DNA of 64,000 nucleotides from Diplonema japonicum. Taxonomy: Eukaryota > Protista > Euglenozoa: Diplonemea. This document shows, piece by piece, positions 1 to 12,929 of this stretch. How positions within the stretch are numbered: the stretch's first letter is position 1; each line of letters starts with the position of its first letter. The stretch is taken from assembly GCA_964019335.1 (NCBI GenBank), contig OZ025674.1, forward strand, positions 576,835-640,834, written 5' to 3'. The notes beneath the pieces are model-generated. The model worked only from the letters and a program-made list of their open reading frames with translations, was not told the origin of the DNA and did no database searches. The position numbers were made by a program, and so were the translations under genes.

Positions 1-6
1 GTTTCC

Positions 7-549
7 GTGCTGTACAGCATCAAGCACTTGTTTCACGTCAGCGATCAGCAGTTTGCTGACCAGCTCCGTAGCAAGATGCGAGGTGTCCTTGACAAATGGG
101 AGGACAACATGGAGACAAAGGTGCTCCCCACCAACGATGAGAATGCTTTGGACTGGGTTCTGCAACTGCACCACTCATACGTAGGCAGCAGCACCATTGC
201 GTGGGTTTTGCTTGATGCGTCCAACAGCTCTGAGCAGCAGTGCTTAGATTGGGTGAAGCACCTGTCTAATAACCCTGCAGCTCTCCCCAAGATAGCGGTA
301 GCGTTGACAAGTGTTGACCCCCAGCAAATATCGCAGCAGATTATATCGTGGGCCATCAACAACCCTTTCCTCTCCGCCCTCCTCCCTCAGCCATGGCTAG
401 CTAGCTGCCGCTTGCAATTATCAAAAAAGCCAGTTCCGCCGAAAGAGCGCAAATCATCGAAGTACGACCTACTTGGCAAGATGAAGCGAAAGAAGAGTTT
501 TATTTCAACACCAGCGCGTCATACTGTCTTCAATGACATTAGTAGTTAG
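7..549 (+). CDS. 3' part of a hypothetical protein (5' end outside the window)
   Basis: Open frame from the window edge to TAG 549; same strand and composition as neighbours; no motif recognised. Confidence 0.5.
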   Translation: MLYSIKHLFHVSDQQFADQLRSKMRGVLDKWEDNMETKVLPTNDENALDWVLQLHHSYVGSSTIAWVLLDASNSSEQQCLDWVKHLSNNPAALPKIAVALTSVDPQQISQQIISWAINNPFLSALLPQPWLASCRLQLSKKPVPPKERKSSKYDLLGKMKRKKSFISTPARHTVFNDISS

Positions 550-599
550 TAATCTTGTCTTTTTGTTGCCTCGCGCAGCTCATTTCACAAGCTTCATGC

Positions 600-3500
600 A
601 TGATATGGTATTTGGCAGTTGTCTTGGGTGCTCTGCACACCACAGAGACGATCCCTTACATCAAGGAGAGCAGCATCGAAGCGGGCGTGCACTTTAGGGT
701 GAGGTTGTCAGTAGCAGGAGGTACGGTTCAGAGGAATGGAAGTGTCAGCAGCACGGCGACGAGGATACGCATTATCCGTGCTGTGGAAACGACAGGTGTG
801 CAACACCACTGCAATGATAGTTTAGATGCGTCGCTTAGCAATGGGGTGTATGCAGAGGTAGCGGACCTGAGTGCCAAAGGTGGGGGTAACAGCACAGATT
901 CGTCTGAAGCAGATGACTGGGAAGCTACCGACGGCTACGCCACCTTTGCAGCCCCCACGTACGACTTTAAAATTTGTTATCTGAATCCCAACTACTCGTC
1001 CGAGTGGCGTGTACCTGACTCTGATTCCGACACAGTCGACGGTGACATCTACAATGTGACGGAAGCCTCACTGACATGGACCAGCTTAACAGATGATTAC
1101 GCAGCAGGCACATGGACCGCTTTTAGAATAAACGGCGTGGTCATGAACGTGACGGTGCATGCTCTCTACTCCGATGCCTTCAAGATAGTCGAGACTGGCA
1201 AACTCTGCATCACGGAGGGCAATGGCTTCTACTACCACTCAGATGACAAGTTCGAAGACAGCTTGACCACTAACTCACTGGACGGATCCCTTGCTTACTA
1301 TCTAGGCACCGAAGACGAAGCACGTGCTCCTGAAGGTGTCTACAGCACAGTTATCGCCAGGGTAAAGCTTCCTGCAGCAGGAACATACGGGATCTGCTAT
1401 TCGTCAGAGCACCACGACAGGTACTACCCAGGTGCACCCGGATGGAGGTACTTGCCGTTGTCCTCAACACCGCTTAGTGCAACGGACACCACGCTCATTG
1501 TGGCAAACAGCTCCTCACAGGGGTACCTTTCATGGCAGTTGGCAGACAAAACCCAGCACTCCTTTGCGAGTCTCAAGATACACAGCACGTTACAAGATCT
1601 TACAAGATCACAATCGGATGGTACTTTCCAAGCCCCTATTCTGACAGGAGGCGACCAGCTGCGTATACTGGACAGCTCTTTATTGAAGGGTATTGTCAGC
1701 CTCGGATGTTGGAGCGATGTTGCAAACGAGGTACGCTTGAACTACTCGTACCAGCTGGGACCTACGAGCACTACACGGATGCTACCCAACACAGATCTTG
1801 TGGCAGGTGACGTGCTGCTCACTTTGGCCACGTTGTCGTTTTCTGTTCTCGCAACCGAAGCTTGGGCGCAGTTACGCTTACCAGACAAGGGTGACTACAC
1901 TATCTGTTATCGAAGACCGCATTCAAACTGGGTTCCCATAGCACCAGAACTACTAACGGTAGAAGGCTATGTAAATATCACGTGGTACTTGAATGACACG
2001 ACGGAGGGGTCGCAGGCACAGCTGCGTCTCACATCGTCGAAGCCTGTTATGAATACAATGCCTTTGGATCCCGGTGCTACTGCGACGGGTGGTGTTGCTG
2101 TCAAACTTGTTGCTGTGGATGAAAGCTGCGCTCTCGCAGAGCCTGTGGTGCAGGCATGGGACGCAGGTAACAGGGAGGTTCCTTGGGGCACTGCTAAGAC
2201 ATGGGATGCCGACAGCACTGCTGTCACCGATGTGGTTTACATGTATCTGACACTACCTAACGTTGATGCGCGCGGTTATCGCGTTTGCATTAAACATGGG
2301 AATTACAACTGGTGGGCAGCAGCATCTGATTCAGGTGATGACATACTATACGTGATGCCTTCCCGTAGGTTGCGGGTAGAGGTTCGCGATGCACGTGCAG
2401 GGATGCTGAGTGCTGTGCACCTAATTGCCACAACAGATCTGATCGACACCAGACCAGCTTCGGAACAAAACGGCGAATGGCAATATGGCACAATTGTACG
2501 TTTGGTGCCCAATGAAACATGGTGCGCACCTACTTACCCTGACATGTATGAGAACTACACAAGTAATGACCTCAGCATGCCATGCGGCGGGGATACCATA
2601 GAGTACTGCGCAACGGACGAGCCGGAGGCTGCAGTAGCCGATGCACATGTCACGATACCCCCAGCGGGGTCTTACGCAATATGTGTAAAACAAGGGACTA
2701 ACAATTGGATAGCGCTGCACTCTATTGATGTACTTCCAAGCACAACATACTATTTGAGCAGCATGCAAGTAGTCAGCGGTACAATGGCATACATATCACT
2801 TCGAAGCAGCCAGCCAGCTGTGGTTAGCCACACGACCAGCGTGAAGTTAGTGCCAATTGGTACGCCCTGCGACAGGCAGCACATCGATAGGTCCTTGTCG
2901 CTGTCATCTACGAAGCACCCTGTGCTCGACGAGGTCACAGTGCGGTTGCCTGTGTCTCCATCTATTCTCCCCTACAGTCGGTTTACTGATATGTGTATTA
3001 GTGCCGGTGGTGAGGCCTGGGCACGCACCTCACACATTGAGATTCTTCCGTCAGATATGGCGTACCTCGCTCTGGGTGTACCACTAGAAGGCAGTACACT
3101 TAGAATCGCCATCAGCTCGGCAGGAACTAGCAATACTGAAACTGACAGCTTTCTTTTGGTGAATCACATACACTACTGTGATGTTCAGTATGAAGCACAC
3201 GGACTACATGGCACGTTGGGGCCTTCGCACGAGTCTAGCCTTAGTCTTGTCATCAGCAGCGTTGAGATCCCGCACAACGTGTTGCCCACTAGATACAGGG
3301 TGTGCTACAGACTTGGTGGCGTGTGGACTGAGGTGGCTGAAGGCCCTCCTTCTCTGCTTCCTCCTTCTTACAATGTACATCTGCTCAATGATAACGTAAC
3401 CAGCATTTCATTGAGGACGACCATGACGGGTGGTGTCTCGCCTGAAGGCCTGGACCTCGCTGGTCATACTATCCTTGCAGGCTCGCTGTCTACATTCGAC

Positions 3501-6500
3501 ATAACAAGCACCGCACGTCTTAGTGCGACCATAGCGAAGATAGTAGTGTCTTGTTCTGCTGAACCTGCTGGCAGCGAAGGTACCGTTGTGATGTGCGACG
3601 GATGCTCTAACACGGCACTGGTAAACATTTCAGTGCCGCTTGAAGCGGGGAGTTATAGAAAGTGCTATCTGGCACCGTCCCAGCAGTGGATAGACTTAGG
3701 TCCTGTTACCGTTGTTGCCAGTCTGTACAGGGCCACCTACACAGGCCCACGGATCTACGTGTATGATAATTCATATGATGCATCTTCTGCACCCAGCCCC
3801 AGCCTTGTGGAGGGCAACGAGCATGTGAGTCTTGTGCGTATCGATGAGGACTGTAGCCACAAGACTAGGATACAAACGCGTGGCGGATCGGGTGATACTT
3901 TGCCTCTGAGCTGTTTGGGCAGTGATTGTGTGCATGTGCTCGTCACTGGCTCTTTAGAGTTGCGTTCCGTGATGGGCAGTTTCAAGGTGTGCTTCAAACG
4001 GACGTTTTCCTACGGTGGAAGAATTCCTAGCAACACCTACGTTGCCATCCCTGTGACGCCAGTTCTAAACGTTGGCACCGGGATGAAGCTCCAATGGTAC
4101 GAGGACCCTGTGGCCGGCTATAATATTTCGTGGCCACTACGGAGGTCGGATTTGTTGTCTGTCCGTGTGATGCTAGTGTGGCCTGACGGGTCGCGTGCTT
4201 CTGTCGATGACATCCTTACAGTCACGTTGAGCCAGAACAACCGCTCAGCTACGTTGGCAACACACGGTGAGTGCAATGACCTGGTGGCCCCTGACTACGG
4301 ATGGCCAGTGTACAACACTCATGAGTACCTAGTTGCTGGTGTTGCATCGTTTCACGTGAGAATCCTTGAGGACTGCCTGTCAGGGTGTGATCTCAGCGTT
4401 AAGTACGGTTCAGCTTCCATCACCGCTACGTTCTATACAGAGGCTGCCACGGTGACAGCCCTTGCACTAAGTACTGTTAACTTGAACTTGGAGGCGCCAC
4501 TAGTGTCAGCTGAGGGGAACTGGGCTGAGTTGATCATTATTGCCAAGGACAATCAGCAGTACACAGTGGCGGGCACGCAGTCACAAATCATGCTCGCCCC
4601 TAATACGACTGAGCTTGGCACCGGTTCTTTTCGATGTCGGAACAAAGCTACGCAGAGTGCATGCGGTGCAGTTCCCTCGCCTGGACCCTTCAGTGTCACA
4701 TTAGATATGAACGGAAGCATTGCTGTACAGATTGGAACCACAGGCCGGCTCACTTCAAACACGTTGACCATTCAGATCTACCTCAGCACCAATACAGCTA
4801 TCAAGCGTGTAGTGCAGCTGAGCGTGCAGTTTCTCAATGTGGTGTCCGTTTCAATGACCGACTTGTCAGGTCAGCAAGACATCACCACTCTTGGCGGGGT
4901 GAGCCTGCACACACTGGAGTGGGCCCCCGTGCTCCCATCCAGCGCCATCGTGGGGCATCCGGGATCATACATGCTAGCTGGCATCCCATACCTTTGTAAG
5001 TTCAGAGCTTCTGGAGAGGATGGTGTATTTGCTTCGCAGAGTGACCTTGAGTGGCTTGTTTCAACACCCATTCTGAAGATCACTCTTGTGGAGGAGAATA
5101 CTACGGTCCCCATCGCAGAGGTGCCTGTGTCCAAAAGTGGAGGCACGTGGACTGCCACACTGAATTTCCCGGGGTGCGGGCGATACGATGGCATGGAGAG
5201 TGTGCCGTGTGTGCTTGTTTTTGAGATTGTAAACTCTACCGTGAACTCATCCACTCATAAGCCGGTGAGGGGCACCATGCACATGTGGGTGCGAGAGGTG
5301 GCCACAAAGCTTGCGATAACCAGCAACGTGTCGCGAATTGATACGCCACTCTATAACCAAATCATTGCACTGAGTAGTAATAACATACGCGACTGGTGGT
5401 TCCATGGTCGTGTTGTCGTGGCAGAAGGCAGGCAGGGATGGCACAATGTCTCTTTAGTTGATCCCGCGCATGTGGACTTGCTGCCAGAGTACCGCATGTC
5501 GCATGGCATCACGTTGACACAAGGGTTGTCAGTAACTTCTACTTGCAGCCCCTGCATTATCGAAGCTTTGTCACCTGAGCTATCTATGGCAAGCGGCTTA
5601 GTTGTTACTGAGCCCGATGTGGTAGGGATGCAGGGATCTTATACCCCCTCCCTCATCACTACCAATAAGTGGATCGTTTTTACTGTGCAAAGCGTCGACA
5701 GCAGTGGTACTGCAACGGTGTCGGATAGTTCTGAAATCGTGCTATCGGCGGAGGCAGGCAACATCACAATTCACTCTAACAGCAGCACACGAATGAGCAG
5801 CTCTCTGGCTGTGTTCATTATAATGTTTCACGCCCCATGCACAAAGTGTACTATTTTCTTCAACAGCGGTGGCAGCCCTGCTTGGGCCACGGATCCCACC
5901 CCATGGGTTGTCGAGGTTGACGTGAACCTATATCCAGCAGCCACGCAACTCAGTATGATTGTAGGCAGCAATGCTGTGCAGACAGGTCCTTACGCATTCA
6001 TGCTGCCAAAAGGGGTTGCTGTACTAATCTTACGAGCTGTCGACGAGGACGGTGCAGTGGATCCCAGAGCCAGGAATGCGGTGACTCTTGTCAACCCGCT
6101 GGGCTTGTTGATCGAGATATCGGCGGACGCTCTCACACGAGGCGAGGTCTACGTCCGAGTTAGTATATTCCAGACATGCGCAGCGTGCCGAATAGTGCTC
6201 TCTGTCGCGGGGCTTGGTGAGGCAAGCGTCGTGGTGACTATCCCTGCTGAACCCAACACCATGTACCTCGAGCAGTCGACGAGCACGCTGTACCCCTTCC
6301 AAGGCCTCACGATCCCACCTCGAAGAACCGTCAACATCACACTTACATTCTTCGAGCGATCGGTTGACGGCGTCATACCAGCAACGCCTGAAGCACCCTT
6401 CACCATCACGTTGACTAGTGCATGTGGACAAGTTTTGCGGTGCGAGGGATGTACGATGCATCCTGCACGGCAGTCTGCTTCGATCTTAGTTGGTGGCACG

Positions 6501-9500
6501 AAAGGAAATGTGACTTGTGACATTGACATAGCTGTGATGGGCATGAGCAATACAAGCCATGTGCGGTGGTTACCCAGCAGGCCTGCTGTAAGCGTACAAA
6601 TACTGGATACTGCTCCTTATGGTGGAGAGTGGCTTGTGAGAACGGGCAACCAGGTTTTGCATGCTCCTCTGTATAACTGGTCATATACAATGCATGATTC
6701 TGCCTTCATCGGGCAGCCCTTCCCCTTGTGGGTAGAAGTAATCGATGCGGACGGGCTGCCTGTCGTGGGTCAGTCGGGCACTATGTCACTTGAAGTGGCG
6801 ACTAGGAAAGGCTGCGGTGCCCCGACCATGAGCTACTATGGTGTGAGGCTCCTGGGTGCGCACTTGCCACTTATTAACGCAACACGACAGGTGACCCTAA
6901 ACTACCCTGCACCTGTGCTAGACGGGCGTGCCCTGTTCTGGGTAACGTTTAACGGCGGCTGCCAGGAGTGCGTGCTTCGTGCCCGTCTCACGCCGACCAC
7001 GGCACAGCTATTCCCCAACAACACCGGTCTATCAAAGCCTTTAGTCGTAAAGAAAATGACCGGCAACGAGATTGCTTTCTTTGGAAGTGGGCAGGTGGTG
7101 CACAAGGCTGTCAACGAGTCAGTGAACGCCACTTTGCTGTTACTCAGGTGCACGCAGTCCTTGTGTTATCACAGCACTGCGCAATCAGGCCAGCTGACAG
7201 CGTACTATGAGGAGGGATCTGTGAGAGAGGTAATGTATAATTCTACGGTCTTTATGAAGGCAGGTGTGGCAAGTGTCACAGCTGTGTTCACACGGCCCTG
7301 CACTATGTGCAGAGTAGCCGTACATCCAAGTACAGAGCTGTCGGTCTCTGGTACAATTAGTCCCTGGGTGTACAATGTCCGAGCTGCCTTCGATAAGGTA
7401 GTTGTCGTGCGGGAGACCACCGTGGAGGGGAGGGTCAGGGAAACGCTTTCCATCACTGTGGCTGCTATCGACGCGGGCGGGAACATAGCAACGGACTATG
7501 GGAACGCAACTTACCTTAAAAGAACCGAGGGAGGTGGCGATGGTGATGGCGGCATTTTACATTGGACGAATGCCAGATACCTTGGCAGAGACGAGATGGC
7601 TTATCAACAGGAAGGAGAGCCCCTGTGGGCACCTCTTTGGACACAGGGGACTCAGACTTGGCGTTTGCACTTCAGTGCTGCCTGTTCTAGGTATGGCACA
7701 ACACACCACTGAATGATAATGCTACTAGATGCTTGCTCACAATAGCCGGCCTAGACGTGGTCGCCGTTATCCATGCACGGGCAGAGCGCCTTTTAGTTGA
7801 CAGTGTGAGCACCGACCACGTGTTGGTGGAGGAGTTGGTTGCCTTCAAGGTGTCGGCAATAGACAGTGAAGGGAACGTCGACGAGGTATGTGCGCTTTGC
7901 TGAATTCACACAGCATCCAACTCAGAGCTTTGGAAATAACGATGTAGTTCATGTTCTGGTGCAGCTGGAAGGAACAAAGCTTGTGAGCAACGCGCGGCAA
8001 ACCATGCACCCCATCACTAATGGTGTTGTGTGGGTTAGTACAGCTTTTACAAGACCCATAAGGCTGGCATCTGTGATTGCTGAGATACCTGCTTTGAATT
8101 TGACGAACAGAGCTGTGAACAGCACGCTATTGGTCGTTGTCCCTGAAACCACAAAATACACGCCCCCAGTTCTGACGGTGGACACTGTAGGACGTGATCT
8201 TAGGCTCTTACATGGTGTAGCAATGGGTGTTTTGGGGAAGCCCTTCGTCCTGACCATTGGCGTCACTGATGCATCGCCTGATTTAAATGTCGCCTATTCA
8301 ATGCCTGCACTTAACGTTACCTTCAGCCATGACTGTGGAACAGCTACGGCGGCTTCCACAATAACCTTGGTGGAAGGCACAGCAAAGAGTACTGTCGTAG
8401 TACGCAGCCGCCCACCGTCTGGCGTGTGCCATTTGCGGTACAGTGCACCGCATGGCTCGCTCATCAGCACCGTACTCACAGTAGCCATAACCATCAATAC
8501 TCACGTGACATGCACTCAGCTTACACTCTCGGATGTGCCTGAATATGTTGTAGCTTTATTGACCACCCTACTTATCGTGAAGTGCACCGACAGCAATGGC
8601 TACATCGACACCACGCAGGTGGACACAGTGTACTTGAACACAAACTGCACCGAGCCTCAGCAGGCTCAACTCATCAGCGGTGAAGCAGTATTCCGTATGG
8701 CACTACCACCTGAACGATGCATGATAAGTGTTACATATGGTGGGTTTAATGATAGTTTTGAGGTAATTTCACAACAGCCTGCTACATTGGTGCTGATGCG
8801 CGACATCGCCACGCCGTTGGCTGTGAATACGCCAGTAGGTGTTGAGCTTGCACTTCAAGACGCTAACAGCACACTAGTGAGGGGAGTGCATGAGCATATG
8901 CAAGTGTCTATTGTTGGCGCAGATTCAAGAGACATAGAATTTGTGATTCCTTGCACACCCCATATAGACGGGGAATGGCATGGTATGTGGGGATGTTGGA
9001 TTCGGGTGACTCGTGTGTTCTCTGATCCCATTCAGATACTTCTGTCTGTTGTTGGGCATAGCGTCAGAACCAAGATGATATCTACAGCTGTAGTGGCGAG
9101 TCAGCTTGTCTTGCTAGGTGCAACGCCCCCTATGTATCGTGTTGCACAACGGCCTGTGGCGTTCTCTGTGATGGCCACTGACTTGGCGGGTCTCCATGCT
9201 AACGCCTCAGACGCCTTAGTGCGCATCAGGCATGTCGACGCTATTAACATCAAGCCTTTTGTGAACCAAAGCACCCTTGTGAGCAGCCAGCCACTTACCA
9301 AACGCATGAACAATGGCACAGTGACCTTCGTTGTTTTCTGGAAAGGTAGCGATGGCAACATCTTGCTCAGTGTGTTGGGCATGGGCACCAACCTTGAGCC
9401 GTTGCCACCTATTTCCCTCACTATGCAGACGATTGACCATTACGAGGTGGCAACCTCAGCTGTGGCAAATCATCCGCACGAGAGAACGAGCTTCGACGTG

Positions 9501-10268
9501 TACATGTATGTTATGGACAAGTTGGGTAATGTCGTTGTGGGGGACAACGGTACACACGTTGAGACGGTGTGGCTGTCTGCTGAGCGCACGCAGCGTGTGT
9601 TCATCGAGAATCTTCAAGACGTGACTACTGGTGGGGTGTTCAAGGTGAGCATCACCTACGACAGACCCTCTGTGAACACTACAATTGGGTTCATTGCTAC
9701 AGGCGTGCTTCCACAGCAGGCTGTGTGGTCGCTTCCATTCACCGTGAGTAGCTGGGCAGGTGCTGGTTTGGTGCTCCCCTTCGCCCCCCCCTTACTCAGC
9801 TTTGTGTGTGGCACATGTTCGTATAGTAGGTTCAACGCTACTGCGTTCGAGGGTGTTGTCAGTACGGCTGTTACATCGCAAGTGGTGGTGACAGGCGTGT
9901 GCACGACCGACAGGGCAAACTGCACACTTTTCAACACGACAGATCAGTACCTCCGCCCCGTGCAGCTTCTCAGTATCAGTGGTGCTGTCGTTGAATTTAC
10001 ATTCAACGAGACCGATCGTGACACTGTGTGGGGAGAGACTGCCTTGCTAGAGGAGCTGCTGACAAATACTTCTTCCTTCATCTACATGTCCTTTCTACCC
10101 CAGTCCCTATTGCAGGTGACGGCACAACCTGGGTCACCCCGACCCGAACCTTTATTTACACCTATAGGGGCACCCCCGGTGGCAGACCCTTCGCCGTTCG
10201 ATGGCGCAGCAGCTCCCTACTATTCGTTGTGTTTGTCGTCTCTGTGGCTGCTTTGTTTCCTTATGTAG
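600..10268 (+). CDS. Giant (~3,196 aa) secreted, probably GPI-anchored, beta-rich repeat surface glycoprotein; 3 exons
   Basis: ATG 600 gives signal peptide MIWYLAVVLGALH. Introns 7691-7728 and 7886-7925 (GTATG..AG) join the 555 and 7866 ORFs in frame and restore an ACSRC motif like the other CxxC motifs. Recurrent Y-x-[IV]-C-[YI]..W units, many NxS/T sites, hydrophobic C-terminus after DGAA. Confidence 0.75.
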
Positions 10269-10328
10269 TTGTTAGTCTATTTTTTTGTGTAGTAGACTGT
10301 TTCGCTGCAACATTCCGAACAGTTACAC

Positions 10329-11585
10329 ATGGTAGTGCAGTATGACCCGTGCGCCTTCTGGTCTACGCTGTTCATCACCACTGGGTCTGTTGTGAAAAAG
10401 GTGAAGCTGCAAACGGCAATGGCTTTAGTCTGCACAATTCTTGTGGTGGTGTATTACAACTACATAAGGGCGGATGATTCTGATTCTCCCATCTGGGATA
10501 GCTATGTCCACAGCCTTCTGAGCCACGCAGTAACTTTGCTGTTGGTGTTCCGATCTGATCTTGCGTATAATAGATTTGACAGAGGACGGCAGCTCTTAGA
10601 TATGGTGAAAACGAGTACTGTATGGACGGTGAGGCTGGTGTGTGTGCATTCCGTGGGTGAGGGCTGTCGTGTGCGCAGGATTCGTGAGGAAGTGCGGCGG
10701 TTGTGCTTAGTTTTGGTGTTTGCATTCAAAGGAATTATATCAGGTACGCTACTAAAGACCGTATCCTCGCCACCAACGTACGCACGCAGGTCGTGGAAGG
10801 GGGACATCATCAACGTACCACTGTTGACGCCAGAGCAGGTGGCAATGTTTCAGAATGTTGATAGGAATGATACAACACTTCTCGTAGAGATCTCGAGTAA
10901 CATCACCGACATGCTGGTGCTGCTGCGCGATGAGGGCAGCATCACGAACAGACAGCTCAGCGCCATAGACGGCGAGCTGCGGAAGATCACAGCGGCCTGC
11001 AAGGAGACGTGGGACTTGCGCAACATCCAAATACCATTCCCTTATGTGCAGATCGCACACCTCCTCACACTACTTTTCATTTACACGCTCCCTTTCATTC
11101 TGGTGCACAACTATTCGTGGTATGTAGTTATTGCGGAATATTACTTTTGCAGGATTGTGTGTCTCAGTTCGATACTGCTGTCGATCTACTACTTTGGCAT
11201 CAACAACGTGGCCATGCAGATCCAAGATCCCTTTGGCACTGATGCCAACGATTTTAACATGGCGGCGTGGTTCGAGACGACTGAGTTCGACACTTTCGAC
11301 TGCTTGGAGTACCGCATCCCCCTCCTTCATCCCGACAATGACGCAGGCTCGCACGCAAAGGTGTGGGACGCTTATGAAGAGAGAGTTGTACAGAAGAAGC
11401 AGGTTAAAAACATTCAGAAAGCCTACTTAACAGAAAGGCAAAGCAGAATTTTCTTCGCAAAGCAGGAGGATGACTCCGTCGATGAGCAGGAGCACCGCAA
11501 GCACAGCACGTGCCCCGACAACATAGAATCCGAACCTTATGACGGTAATCTGTATTTGTCAATTGTTTCCTACCGCAGCGCCTAA
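10329..11585 (+). CDS. Bestrophin/UPF0187-family anion channel
   Basis: LLLVFRSDLAYNRF, IPFPYVQ and IQDPFGTDANDF motifs; TM segments; probable in-frame 33-nt intron 11120-11152. Confidence 0.85.
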   Translation: MVVQYDPCAFWSTLFITTGSVVKKVKLQTAMALVCTILVVVYYNYIRADDSDSPIWDSYVHSLLSHAVTLLLVFRSDLAYNRFDRGRQLLDMVKTSTVWTVRLVCVHSVGEGCRVRRIREEVRRLCLVLVFAFKGIISGTLLKTVSSPPTYARRSWKGDIINVPLLTPEQVAMFQNVDRNDTTLLVEISSNITDMLVLLRDEGSITNRQLSAIDGELRKITAACKETWDLRNIQIPFPYVQIAHLLTLLFIYTLPFILVHNYSWYVVIAEYYFCRIVCLSSILLSIYYFGINNVAMQIQDPFGTDANDFNMAAWFETTEFDTFDCLEYRIPLLHPDNDAGSHAKVWDAYEERVVQKKQVKNIQKAYLTERQSRIFFAKQEDDSVDEQEHRKHSTCPDNIESEPYDGNLYLSIVSYRSA

Positions 11586-11609
11586 GTACAACTCACAACA
11601 GAGAATACC

Positions 11610-12704
11610 ATGCACCTTCTACTTGCTACAGCGTTAGCGGCTGTTATCAGCCCATCTGACAAGAACATCCAGTACATCGGTCGTGCTGTAGCCCTTCCTT
11701 CAGGGGAGAAGCAGTTCGACAACCCTGGGTTCACTGTGAAGTTCAAGGTACAGGGAGCTACTGAGGTTTCAGTGCAAATGAAGGCACGCCACGCTCTTCC
11801 AAGTGAGGCAGACGGATCTTTTATTCTTAACTTCTTCGAAACATTGGTCGACGGCGTGAGACAGCCCACGAGATTGAGCACAGCTGTGACGCAAAACAAC
11901 AGCATCTACACCTTCGAAATTGCGAAGGATTTGCAGGAGGGTGCACACGACATTGTGGTTTTCAAGTCCACAGAGGCTGACTGGAATGCACATATACCCA
12001 CGCCCAATTATATGACCTTCTCGGGAATCGTTTTGTCTGATGGTGGTAGCCTTGTTGCCCCAGAGCCCTTGCCCACACGGCGCATGGAGTTCATTGGTGA
12101 CAGCATAACTGCCGGTTACTGCAACTTGTGCCACGAGCCGTCCATGCCAACGAATGAGTATGCACAGAGCTTTTATGACTCTTGGGCAAGCCAGATCTGT
12201 AGGGGTGTAGGTGCAGTGTGCCACGCTATAGCGTGGAGCGGCTTCGGTGTCATTAGGAACTACGCGCCTGGGAACGTGACCCTTCCCGATGTCTATCTGA
12301 AGACCCTTGCTTCGGACGTGAACAGCCCTGATTGGGACTTCAGCTCGTGGAAGCCTGATGCTGTGGTCGTGAATTTAGGAACAAACGACAATGTGGTGTG
12401 CGTGGGAGACTTTTGCGAAAGGTTTATCGCCGCCTACGTTTCAATGGTCAAGCATGCAGCTCAAATTTACGGGCCTACCACCAGCTGGTTCCTTGCGTGT
12501 GGCCCGATGAGCGAAGCATACTGCCCACAGGTGTACAGCATCATCTCTGATCTCACTGACCAAGGTATCAAAGCTCACTTCCTTGATCAAACTAAACTTG
12601 GTGGCAATGATACCTGCTGTGGGCACCCAAGTGTGAAGGGAGACGGAGAGATCGCCGAGAGTAGCATGGCTTTCATTCAGCAGACTATGGGATGGAGTAA
12701 CTAG
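11610..12704 (+). CDS. Secreted SGNH/GDSL hydrolase, carbohydrate esterase family 2-like (acetyl xylan esterase)
   Basis: Signal peptide; N-terminal IQYIGR beta domain; FIGDSITAGY, AWSGFG, VVNLGTND and GHPS blocks; intronless. Confidence 0.85.
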   Translation: MHLLLATALAAVISPSDKNIQYIGRAVALPSGEKQFDNPGFTVKFKVQGATEVSVQMKARHALPSEADGSFILNFFETLVDGVRQPTRLSTAVTQNNSIYTFEIAKDLQEGAHDIVVFKSTEADWNAHIPTPNYMTFSGIVLSDGGSLVAPEPLPTRRMEFIGDSITAGYCNLCHEPSMPTNEYAQSFYDSWASQICRGVGAVCHAIAWSGFGVIRNYAPGNVTLPDVYLKTLASDVNSPDWDFSSWKPDAVVVNLGTNDNVVCVGDFCERFIAAYVSMVKHAAQIYGPTTSWFLACGPMSEAYCPQVYSIISDLTDQGIKAHFLDQTKLGGNDTCCGHPSVKGDGEIAESSMAFIQQTMGWSN

Positions 12705-12929
12705 GCTAGTGGGCATGAACACGTTGGAAATCGTCCAGCTCTTCGCTCGTTGTGTTGTTTTGCTACCTGTTCCATTGCAACGTGTACAACAACGTGTTTT
12801 ACCTCGACTCGTTGTGATCGGTCGCAGCGGCTCTTTAATTATTATTATCTGGAGAATGAGCAAACACGATACAGGGTTTTTTGTTCCTTCTTCTTCTGTT
12901 GTTTAAAACTGCAAAATAGGTTGATAAAT

